Positions 15,506 to 50,950 of a stretch of DNA of 64,000 nt are shown piece by piece (the first letter of the stretch is position 1; each line of letters starts with the position of its first letter). The notes below the pieces were generated by a model. It was not told the DNA's origin and made no database searches. It was given only the letters and a program-made list of their open reading frames with translations. This stretch comes from the human T2T-CHM13v2.0 reference genome, Homo sapiens, in NCBI RefSeq assembly GCF_009914755.1, contig NC_060942.1; one strand, given 5' to 3'. Made by a program: the position numbers and the translations under genes.

Positions 15506-15989
15506 TGTTTATCTATTGCTGCTTAACAAGCCATCTCAAAGCTCAATGGATTAAAACAGTATTATTGTATCTCCTGATGATGTGGATGGAAAATTTGGAC
15601 AGGGCACAGTCAGAGGAGCTCCACTCAGCTTCACGGTTGGAAGCTTTGCTGGGACGGCTCTAATGGCTGCAGCTGGGAGATGCGGGGCAGCTGGCCATTG
15701 CTTCTCTGCTCATAGACCTCTACCGGGGTGGCTTGAGCTTCCTCACATCATGGCAGCCTCAAGGGAGTTGCACTGTTCAGGGTTCCAAGAGCTATTTCAT
15801 GTTTTGAGAGATGGGAAGTGGGAGCTGCCTGTGCCTTGAAGATTGGGCCCTGAGACTGGCACAGTATCACATCCTTGTTCTTTTGGTCAAAGCAGTCACA
15901 AAACCCACCTGCATTCAAGAGGATGGGACAGAGTCCCCCTCTCAATGGAAGAGGGTCAGAGATTTGGCTGCCATTTTTAATCCACCACA
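15506..15989 (-). mobile_element. MLT1-family MaLR LTR
   Basis: ctattgctgcttaacaa...ttaaaaca and gccatttttaatccaccaca ends are typical of MLT1; subfamily not resolved. Confidence 0.65.
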
Positions 15990-18809
15990 TTATTATTCTT
16001 CCCATTTTATAGGAGAAGAAACTGAAGCTCAAAGAAACCAGATAATATATGTCTTTAAATAACATAAGAAATACTGCTGAGGTTTGAAAGTATGACTGAC
16101 TCTAATCCATTTTTCTTTCTAGTATACAGCCCCGCTCTCTTAAAATGTGGACATTTGATCTTCTAAGATAAGACTTTTTGAGCCACAAGCTACTCTTCTG
16201 ATTGGATGTAGAACAAAACATAGCAAGTCATCGTCCACGTTCTTTCTAAACTTTGCATCGTTGAATGAAGAGGCCCTATCTAATAAGCTGTAGAACTGAA
16301 CACTCCTCTTCAGTTTGAGAGGCTGTTCAAGGTAAAAGAGAGGGAAAAATGGAAGTGAATAAAATCACAAATTTAAACGATAAATACCTGGCTTGGGGAA
16401 GCTTTTTTCCCCAGAGGATAGAAATATATTTACATTATGAAATAAGTTGGAATCCAATGGAAACCCCTTGTTATTATTAGATTTCCTCTTGAGAAGGATT
16501 TATAAATGAAAACACAACTTGCTATTTTAGTATTTTGTTTTTCAGGGAAGAAAAACCCTTTGCAAAAACAAATTTAGAAGAAAAAACTTATCCATTTCAA
16601 GCTCTTGTTTATTTTCTTATTTACCAGGCTAAAACTGTCTTCTTTCATCTCTGATTATGTTGGGAGCTGGAGAAAAGAGGGTTTTTATTTTGTTTTGTTT
16701 GCTTTTTTCCTTTTCTCTAAATCTGGAAGGTCTCTTTTCATTTGTGGGCAGTGCTAAACCTTTCCTTATCCACAACTGCGTTTCTGAATCCACAGCCTCC
16801 TCCAGCCGTAACTGTGACCCAAGGGCTCCACGCAGTGGGGGATAGGAAATGAAGGATGAGGGCAGTCACATGTGAAACGGCTGCAGTGTTCATCTGTGAT
16901 CTGGTGGCCCCACTGAACAACAGTGGCCATGACCCCGCTGTGCACCTGCTAGCACACAGCTCCATGCTCCTTTGCCATGTGTCCCTCCATTAGGCTGTGA
17001 TTCCTCCTCCTCAGCTCCACAGGAATCTGGAAAATAAGGGTCCTGTGGCTGCTTTTGCAATCCTAGTACACTTTGAGAACGTCATGTTCCAGTAAGCTTT
17101 ATATAACGTTCTAGACCATTAGAGCCTTTTCAGCTTCCTTATTAACATTTATTCATTTCTAATTACACGAGTAGAGGGAAGTTGCAAGAAATGTGTCCCT
17201 GAAGATTTTCAAACTTAATGCAACCATTGCATAATTTTAATCCAATCTTCACAAAGGGAGTCATGTGTTGCTTTTCTAGCCAAGTCACCCTTGGCCCCTG
17301 CAACCTCGTCACCTCCCCATTCTCCCCTGGAATGTGGGGCCAGGCGCCCGCATACTCTGCCTCACAAATTTGCTATTCCTTCTTTATCGGCAACTATCTT
17401 TGTCCAGATATCCCAGGTCTCAGGCCACCACTCCTTCAGAGCTTTATTTCATTGTCACCTACCTGGTGAAGAAACTCACCCCACACTCACGGGTGCCCTC
17501 CCATTCCCACATCCTGCTTTGTTTTCCTGAGTGTTGACCCCCTCTAGCACTGTGTCTACACCGCCTTAGCCAGTTTCCTACTGGACTCCACAACCCCACC
17601 CATATGCCCTGTGCTAGAATGTCAGCTCTGTGAATCCCTGCTGCATTCAGGGCTGTCTCCCAGAGCCTAGAACAGTGCCTGCATGGAGAAACCATTCCAC
17701 ACATACTTGTTGAATGAGTGCCTAAAGAATGAATAGCATAAACCCAGTCCACAGCTCTTTATTCCTGGCAGCTTCCAAACGTGCACTTCTTGAGGAATTC
17801 TTAATTTGGAAGACATGTTATTTAAAAAAATTCATTAATGCAGTTTGTGAATGAGTAATTCACAAACTTCATTAATGAGTCATGTTTTATGTTGTATTCT
17901 TTCAATTTTGCCTACTTTATATTTGTACAAAATGTAACTGCGTGAATATATCCTCCTTGAAAGAAAATGATTGCTGTATATCTATGGGATGTGGTTTTCA
18001 AGAGAGAACATTTATAGGTTGGCACTAGGCTATCTGCAAGTGGTCTAATGAAATACATGACGGGTTTCCACTAAGCCAATTCAGTGTGTTGGTTTTATCT
18101 TTTATTCAAAGATAGCTTGCAAAGGAAGATCTGTATTTTTCTCTCTCTTTAAAAATAATATTCATCAAAACGGTTGTGTTCGTTAGAGTGGATTTAACAG
18201 AGATCTGTTGTTAAACATTTACAATGCTTCATCTCTTTCCAACATTACTGTACTCGGACAATGCTGCCTCACTTTGTGTACAAAACAGTGAGAGAGATCG
18301 CTTTTATGTGGAAAGTTCAGTTATGAATGCGAAATGTTGCCAGAATCTGACTGTAATCCCAAGAGGCAGAAACTAACCACTTTTGTTTGGACGGCTTGCA
18401 GCTTGTAAAGGCACGTGCAGGCAGCGCCACCATGTGTTTTCTGAAGAGACCCATAAGGCTACGCGGGAGAAGGAATGAACGCCAGGACTCTCCCCAGCCA
18501 ACGTATACCTAAGTGGGACTTCTCAGTATAATATGCTTGGCGCATCTGTTAGGGGTGGCCCTTTCTCAGCCATTTGACAACTTACTTCAGTCAAACCTAA
18601 TAAACTTCCAACTCTCATTTTCCAATTATTATTAAAATTTCAAAGCAGGTAGGTGTAAAGTACCAGGTATGTAGTAAACTGACTATTTTTTCCCCCATAA
18701 AAACATTTGAAAATTAATAATTGGTCCATACAACTAAGCAGCGGTGTTGCGTGAGTGGTTATTAAACTATTACAAAATAAGGACCATTTTCTGGTCCATT
18801 ATAGTGGGC

Positions 18810-18980
18810 CAAGTATAAATTTGGAGTCAGATGGGTCTGGGTTCAAGTCCCCATCTTCCCGTTTACTTGCTGTGTGACCTTAGGAAAGTTACTTAGCTTC
18901 TCTGACCTTCAGTCCTCATATGTGAGATGGGATAACAACAGTGTTTCTAAAGCACTTTGTAGAGTTTCTGGCAAATGGTG
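18810..18980 (+). mobile_element. MIR fragment
   Basis: ggagtcaga...ctgggttcaagtcc...tgtgtgaccttaggaaagttacttag core. Confidence 0.75.
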
Positions 18981-19386
18981 ACCAGGGGCCCTAGGGTTTA
19001 GTGGAGGTTTTAGCTGCCAGCATCCATCAGGTGCCTGGGAGCTCAGGCAAGCTCCACGCTGCTAATCCCACTCTCACTCCAGGCACCTTTGGCACCCGTC
19101 TCCCCACCGACCCCACCTGGCCCAGCTTCCTGCTGCGCTGGAAGCTATGCTATGGTTAGGGGATGCCAGTCTACCTGGTCTTCAATGGCTGGCACCTGTG
19201 GGTGTGGCCCCGTTCTCTTTCTCCTTTTCAAACATTCATTCTCTTGCTTTGATTTTGAAATTCAATTGAAAATAAAAAAATTAATAATGATGGTTCTGTG
19301 AAAGGTTAGAGCAGGAGAGGTTGAGAGGAATGTGGAGAAAGCCCAGCAAAAAGAAGCAAATACAAGCCAAAGAAATCACTGGAAAG

Positions 19387-19725
<339 letters not shown>

Positions 19726-21526
19726 ATTACCTTGAAGAAGGGCCATGGCCAGACTTGAGAGAAAACACCTTCCAAGTGTCCAAATGCTTCTTCCTCTTCT
19801 TCCGTAATGACACAGGACTTTCAGCCAAAATTGACTGAGTTCTGCTCTGGAATTCGCACTGCACTGTGTTCTGAACACAGATGGTGAGTGCAGTCACAGA
19901 CGATGGCAACTAACAGACTACGCGGTGGCTGTGGACAGGGAGATGAGGAGACGTGGTTGCCTCTGGGCACTTTTTGGAGGCAAAGTCGACAGAATTTCCT
20001 ACAGATTGCATGTGTTGTGCGACAGAAAGAGCAGAGGAGCATGACTCCAAGTGTTTGGGCAAGGAGAGGGTGAAGCTGCCATGAACCCAGCATGGCTGAG
20101 CCTGAAGGGAGAGCAGGTATGGGAGCATCAGGAGCTCAGATTTGAACAGATTATGTATGACATTTTAGATGTCTAGGTGGAGCTGCTAAGAAGGCATTGG
20201 ACACAGGAATCTGGAGAACGAATTCTCCATATTAATCTCATAGAGATTCAGTGGTGATTTTTAAAAGTCAATGTATTCATTAACACTTAACCAGAAAAAA
20301 AAATACAGATCATAATGGCTTCTATTAGTTTTATCAGAAAAAAAGCCAAGAACAATCTTCTAAAATCCTATTCTGATGAAAGGAACTGTCAAATGATAGC
20401 AGAATTTGTTCCAAAGGTTTTTTGTAAATTCGTTATTTATAACTCAGAATATATTTTCCCAGAGAAATGATTTTATGATTCATGGCTAACCTCTTGGGCT
20501 GGGTCTCAGAAGTGTATCTCTTGTATAACATAACAGTATATTTGTGGGGGAAAAGGGTAAAATTACACAGTCAGGCTACTAGCAATTAAACAAACAAAGA
20601 AAACTTAGCGATATAGGAGCTCTTATGTTTCCTTATTTATGATTCCTGATTTGAAATAGAGCTCATTTGACCCATCAAACCCTCTCTCCAAGAAATGACA
20701 AAGACCTTTTATTTGACTGGAACATTCAGCTGTGGGAGGTAGGTCCAAGGATTTTGCTTCCTGGCAGCAGACTAGGCTAGGGGAAGGAAGCAGGTTTGTG
20801 TAGACAAGGAACCTGGGGATGCAGGCTTAAAGAACTCTCAGAGACTTAAGCCCACCATGAGAGAAGGAATGGGGTTTGCAAGCTCTATTTTAAGCCTCAT
20901 TCACACTTTGATGTGAATCATTTTAGTCACATCCAAAACAAGTAGATCACTCAGGAATGCACATTTTTATTGAGGCAGGATAAAGAAAAAGAGTTTCTAG
21001 AACTAGAGGAGAGGATTGGCTCAGATGGAATCACTTGGGCCAGCAGCCAGCAAGTCTGTATGTTGACGGGGTAGGTGAGGGAGGACATGAGCGTCTAAAG
21101 AGCCTTAGGAGAGGAGGCAAGAGGTAAGTTGAAGTCACAAAGACAACTTTTGCTGAGGTTCTGGTGGTAGCTGCTGTGATAACAAGAATTACGTTTATGG
21201 GTCAACAAGGCCTGGGGTCACACTATCGATTCTAGCTTGGGAAACTACACGTCTTAGTCTATCATCATTTGGTCCATGCTTTCCATTCTCAGTTCTTCTA
21301 AGCTGACTTCTCAGTTTAAATTCCCCTTGCTCAACTCCCACCTCAATGTTATTGCAGGAAGAGAAGGGGAGGGGAAGAAAGTGGGGGCATTTGTGTTACA
21401 CCTTTACTGTGCCCATTCTCTCTCTTCTTCTCCCCTTTACTATGAATGCATGTTAGCACATACTTACCACGGCTTCCCTGGTCAAGGGTCCTTTGAAACA
21501 TAGAACCCTTGAATGCCCATGGCTAT

Positions 21527-22153
21527 TGATATAGCTCCAACGAATGGAGGAACACCAGGGTTGTTGGTCTCGTGCTGATAGGATTAACAACACGGACACG
21601 TGGAGTGGTTTTAAGGAGTGAAAAGTTTAATAGGCAAGAAAGAAGGAAGGAAGAAGAAAACACCTCCCCCATACAGAGACAGAGGTAGGGAGGATTTGAA
21701 CAAAGAGAAAACCCAGTGTGCAGTGGAAAAGTGGTTGCTTATATTGGGATCCTGGAGGAGGTGGTGTCTGGTTTGCATAGGGCCCAGGGGATTGGTTTGA
21801 CCAGGTGTGTCATTTACATAGCTCTCGAAAAACCTGGCCCTCCCACCTTAGCCCTTTAATATGCAAATACAGGTCACCGTGATGTTCTGAACACATGGTG
21901 TTATCTGGAGGTGGCCATGACACTTGGTACACCTGATGACAAGGAAGAGATGGCGGAATCACCATGTTGAGTGAACTCAGTTTCTAAGGACTGACATTTG
22001 CATATCAAAGCTTGCGGGCCTGGCTCTTCAAGCTGCCTTTTCTGTTAGAAAAGAGATGGTTCAGGGGTTGTTTCTTAAAACAGGAAAATTTCCACTGAGA
22101 ACATTTACCCTTACTATCTGCCTAAAAAGTATTTCTTAATAACTGCTATATCA
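21527..22153 (-). mobile_element. ERV1 solo LTR, LTR9 family (LTR9B-like)
   Basis: Termini TGATATAGC...GCTATATCA form a perfect 9-bp inverted repeat; 4-bp TSD ctat. The minus strand starts TGATATAGCAGTTATTAAGAAATAC...TTAGGCAGATAG, resembling the recalled LTR9/LTR9B consensus. Minus-strand ATTAAA at 21626-21631. Confidence 0.8.
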
Positions 22154-22519
22154 CTATCGTGGGGTTTTTTTCCCATTCTTTCTTTGTTGATGCCAAAGTA
22201 AAATTAAGTTAAATATTGTATCCTCTCATAGATCATGAATGCAATGAGGGCAGGCATTATATCTCTTGCTCAACAATTGGGTCCTAGGTGTGTAGGCTTA
22301 ATGTCTTGTGCAGAGTGGGCATTCAGTAAACAATAATTCAATAATGAATGAATAAATAAGGGAGAATGTGGAGGAGGTTATAGGCTTAGAAAACTTTCTG
22401 GGCACTTTCAATGGTTTTAGAGGGTGATGGTATTGGGTGGTTAATAAATCTAAACTCACTTGAAAACATAAGGCTTTCCACTGGTAACAGTCCTTTTATA
22501 TTTAATCAGTCATCCCAGA

Positions 22520-22770
22520 GTTGTGGTGAATTGGAAGTCATGGCCAAAGTATTTTACACTCCTCTATTTTCCTACCTCTTGAATCTGAACTTGCCTTATG
22601 ACATGTTTTCATCAATAAAATGTGGCAGAAGTAATGTGCAGTGGGAGTCCAGGCCTTACGAAGCCTGAAGTTTCCACTTTCACTCTCTTGAAATTCTGCT
22701 GCCTTCCTATAAAGGAAGCCCAGGCTAGACAACCAAATGAAGAGGGGTCTTGTGTGTGGGTACTAAATAA
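22520..22770 (+). mobile_element. MLT1-family LTR fragment
   Basis: ttgaatctg...aataaaatgtggcagaagt...ggccttacgaagcctg pattern. Confidence 0.55.
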
Positions 22771-22899
22771 GAAAGTGAGGATAGAGAAAAAAATCCAAGG
22801 CCAGTTCACCTGTTGGCACTAGAAAAAATGCAAAATATTGATTGGCAAATAGATGCAGGAAGATCGATCGATTGTGTGGTGAGGCCAAAGGGAAGAACT

Positions 22900-23560
22900 C
22901 TTCGAATAGTTATTTCATATTCAACAATAAGTGAGAGTTGGCAGGCAAGCAGAGATTGTGTAGGAGTTTTGAGAAGGAAGGTGTGAACAGCCCTCCAAGT
23001 GAGTGGGTGAGTGATTTGACCATGGAAACATAGGAGAGTTGCTCAGCAGCACCAAAGGTCGGCTTAATGTTTATGATCATTAAAATGAGTAATGTTAGCA
23101 TCCTCGTTTGTTTTTTTCCAGTCAAATTCACTTGCTCAAGAGCAGTTCCAGAGTAGGTGGAGAGCTGGGGTTTTTCCTGGCTTGGAGAAAGGAGGGAGAG
23201 GGAGCCAAGGCCGTTGAGAGTATACGCACTAAAATGATGGGACATGAATTTATGCTGGGAAAAGAAGGACGTGTAAGAGCAGAGGGATAGGGAAAGGTGA
23301 GGAATCTGGTGAAGGTTAAGTAATTACTAGCACTAGGAGGTATGAGCTGGAATGGAAAGGGGAAGTAAAGTGAGCTGTTTGAAACTGACACTACGGAGGG
23401 TACACAGTTATGAGTAAGGTCAAGGGTGTGATCCCAGGAATGTGTGGCTGCGCTAGTGTGGGAAAGATCACAGGAGGTTGGAAGCTGAGAGGCTGTATAG
23501 TCATTGCAGGAATCATCCATGTGGATATTGAAATCACCATGAATTATGAATGAAGCCAAC
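22900..23560 (-). mobile_element. L2 LINE remnant with endonuclease-domain motifs
   Basis: Minus ORF 23128..23559 contains IIHGDFNIHMDD and THSWDHTLDL, APE-endonuclease motifs of L2/CR1 type. Confidence 0.7.
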
Positions 23561-24249
23561 TGTATTACTGGTTACTATTTTTACCAGACCACTGTACGCG
23601 ACTTTAGATCCCTCAACTTCCCATTTAGAGCACTTATCACGGCTTGAAATATTAGAGCGATTATTTGGGTTGGGCGCGGATTATTTGACAGTAATCAGGG
23701 TTTACAAGTCTGTTTCGTTTCTTGACTGACATACAATTAATACCCAAAAGGCAGAATGGATAGAAGAATACTATTCTATCTGTCATACAGAGAAACTTCA
23801 GATGTAATAAATTATAAAGCCAATTAACCCTACAAACAGGATCCACAGCAGTTTCACATTAATGAAAAAGCAAGACTTCAAGAGGGCGGGAGTTTTTGTC
23901 TGCTGATCTTCCCGCATCTAAAATAGTGCCTGACACATATTAGGTGCTTTGCAAATATTGAATGAAAGAATACGCCCCATCAGTATCTCGCCGCGCCTGC
24001 GCTAGATGCCCTAGGTGGGGCCAGCCTTGACGCGCTGCGCCTGCGCAATGTCTCTTTGCGGGGCGCACCGGCAGGCTCCCAGCCCCGCTTCGTCGCAGCG
24101 GCTTGGGCCCTCCGGCCCTCCGTAGCCGCTCGACTGTCGCGCTGCACCAGCTTCCTCCTCGGCGTTCCCACGCCTATTTGGGCGGATTCTTGGCGCCGGA
24201 GGAAGAGGCAGGGTCACCCTCTCTCCACGTCAGAGACCTGACTGTGGAG

Positions 24250-48367
<24,118 letters not shown>

Positions 48368-50912
48368 TATTTTGCTTGCTGAAAAGAAAAGGGAAACAAA
48401 GGTAAAATCCTGACATGCCATTTCAAGGACTTGGGAATAGATTAGGGATATCCGTACTTCATTACAGTCATGATTTTGGATCCTAATAAAGACTAGTTTT
48501 TAGTTACCATCTTCCCAAATCACTCATTGTATCCATTACCTGTGAAGCATATCTTTTTCTTTCCATAAGAGCTTTTCTAAGACACCAGCAGGAATTAACA
48601 GAAAATGTACTGTCATGTTTTAATACATTGATTAAAAAATTTGCAAGCCAAATTATACATAAATTATGTTCTAAACAAAAGGGGTAATAAGCATAGGTAT
48701 TCTCTCTTGGACACTTGTAAGTTACTGTTAGTGAATTGTTTTTTACGTTTCATTTAATAATTGCTGCTAAAGGTGATGTTTACTGATAAATCATTTTAAA
48801 ATTTTTTTGTTTTGAAAAGTAAATTTATCCCCCATGATGTTAGATACATTTAAATTATTAAGTCTTTTCAGAGATGAGATGGGGACAGGAAGTTATTTTG
48901 AGCCTTACAATATTATTTAGCCCAATAAAAGATGCATTGAAGCTCTTATATATTATGAGTTTGAAAAATTTTGAAGGTAGCATATTGAAGTGATCTATAA
49001 ATATCTTCAGTCCTCTCTGAAGTGTGGGTATTTCTTCTATCTAAAAAATACATACAGTGACTGTCTTCAAATCTACTTGGTTCTTGACCAAATAGGAGCT
49101 AATGGGTAATGAATACCTTTTTGTTTGTTTGTTTGTTTGTTTTGTTTTTTGTTTTTTTTTTTAAGGGTCTCACTCTTTTGCCCAGGCTGGAGTGCAGTGG
49201 CACAATCACGGCTCCCAGGCTAATGTTTTTATTTTTAATTTGTAATTTTTTTTTTATTTTTTTTGTTGAGATGGAGTTGCTCCATGTTGCACAGGCTGTT
49301 CTCAAACTCCTAAGCTCAAGCCATCTGCCTGCCTTGGCCTCCCAAAGTGCTGGGATTGTAGACATAAGCCACCTCACCCAGCCTATGAATATCTTTCTAA
49401 CATTGTAAGAATGAGGTAATGTTTCCATCAGTCTAATACAGATATATTTCTTCCCTCCAAAACAGTTTATTTTGATTGTTTATTTTATTTTGATTGTAAC
49501 TCCGTCATAACTTGACATGGAAAATGCTATATACTATGAAAACTTAGCTGAAAGGGAAGAATTGTTTTAGAAAGACAATATTTAAAACACCGCACTGCCA
49601 ATATATTGATCCTTTATAGTTATTTCCTAAAATGCTGTTTTCGAAACATTCCTTTTTCACCCTGTTGTGTGGCTTAGACCCATCTCGTAATCTGTTAATT
49701 GGAAAGAGGCTACAGACACCAGCAGTGTGCGTTCTGCAGGTACACGCTGCCAAAGTAATTCCTGCTCATCCATGCCCTGTCTCTGTCTCTTTTAGAGTCA
49801 TACCTTATTTGAGTATAGGTTGCTTAATTTTGCTAGACTTCCTGAAAACACTAAGGTGGAGTATCAGAAGTGATTTTAGTCACAGTTCTGCGGGAGAGCT
49901 TAGAATAACATCCTCCTTTGGGAGGTGGTCTCGGGTGCGTGGATGTTGGTATACAGTCTTTATTGTAAGTCTGATACAAAATGCTAATAAATTTAATGTT
50001 TTTCTTCCTTAATTTATTGGCATAGTTCTTCAGGTAGCACCTCATTTTTATTAATGATATTGGGATTAACTATGAACAAGCTATATGTAGACATTTGCAT
50101 TTAAGGACATTGCAGTGTTTCAAAGATCCCATCATTGCAGCTTGTATCCTTTAGATCCAATCGGAAACTTCTGGAGTCTTACATTAATGCTCATTTGAGC
50201 TAATTAGTAATCTGTTTAAACAGATTTGGCAATACTTTAAAGATACTGTAGACTATTTATGTATAGATAGATCATATTACCCATTAAAGTCTGGGGGAAA
50301 AAATTTTTTAATTTTACTCTTCTTATGTACTGAAAACTTTTTTTAAAAAAGGTGATGATGAAGTGCATTCTGTAGCAGCAGCGCAGCTATGCTTTAAACC
50401 ACACAAAAGGCTGTGTCCAGGTGCAGCCTCCTTCACCCTTCCTGCCCACGGTGAGGATTGAATAACCAGGACTTGGGGATATTGTTTGTTGTCAGGGTTA
50501 TTCTGTGTGGTAAGGAATATTTGTTTCACATTTATACATTTTCTTTTTCCACTCACGTAAGTTTCTATCTTGAGAGCATAGTCCAAAGTGCAAAACTTGG
50601 TGTTTACAAGGAAAATTGTCTTCCAGAACTCCACTGTCATCACTTTCACCAAAGTGGAAGTTTGCATGAATATGCTCAGAATCTAATATTCAATGTTCTG
50701 TTACATTGTAAGTGAAGTCCAGCTACAAAATAGATTTAATATATTGAATTTATTTGTACATATGCAGAGTACGGTATTTCTGTATGGAATCTGCTTTATT
50801 CCTATTTTTCCCAACTCTGATGAGTAGAATATTAAATGTGTTGTTATGGAAATACAGATTATTGCTTCTATAGGAAGATAATTATGAAAATAAAACCTGA
50901 AACTATATAAAT
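48368..50912 (+). other. NAPG: NAPG 3' UTR (long isoform; end approximate)
   Basis: AT-rich sequence from the stop codon to AATAAA at 50889, which is followed by a GT/T-rich tract. Confidence 0.8.
49118..49383 (-). mobile_element. AluJ, antisense, in the NAPG 3' UTR, with an internal deletion
   Basis: Reverse Alu; the cacggctc|ccaggctaat junction lacks ~80 nt of the right arm; TSD-like atgaataYcttt. Confidence 0.9.
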
Positions 50913-50950
50913 ATAATTGTTCTTTGTATTATTTATTTTGTTTAGCTTGT
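50889..50950 (+). terminator. Distal polyadenylation signal and downstream U/GU-rich element
   Basis: AATAAA at 50889-50894, followed ~25 nt later by tgttctttgtattatttattttgttt. Confidence 0.8.

Noticed and set aside
24103-24249. In-frame upstream extension of NAPG from TTG (24103) or CTG (24238)
   Set aside because: Non-AUG starts in a GC-rich, stop-poor region. The TSS is unknown from sequence and the annotated-type ATG has strong context, so there is no support without Ribo-seq.
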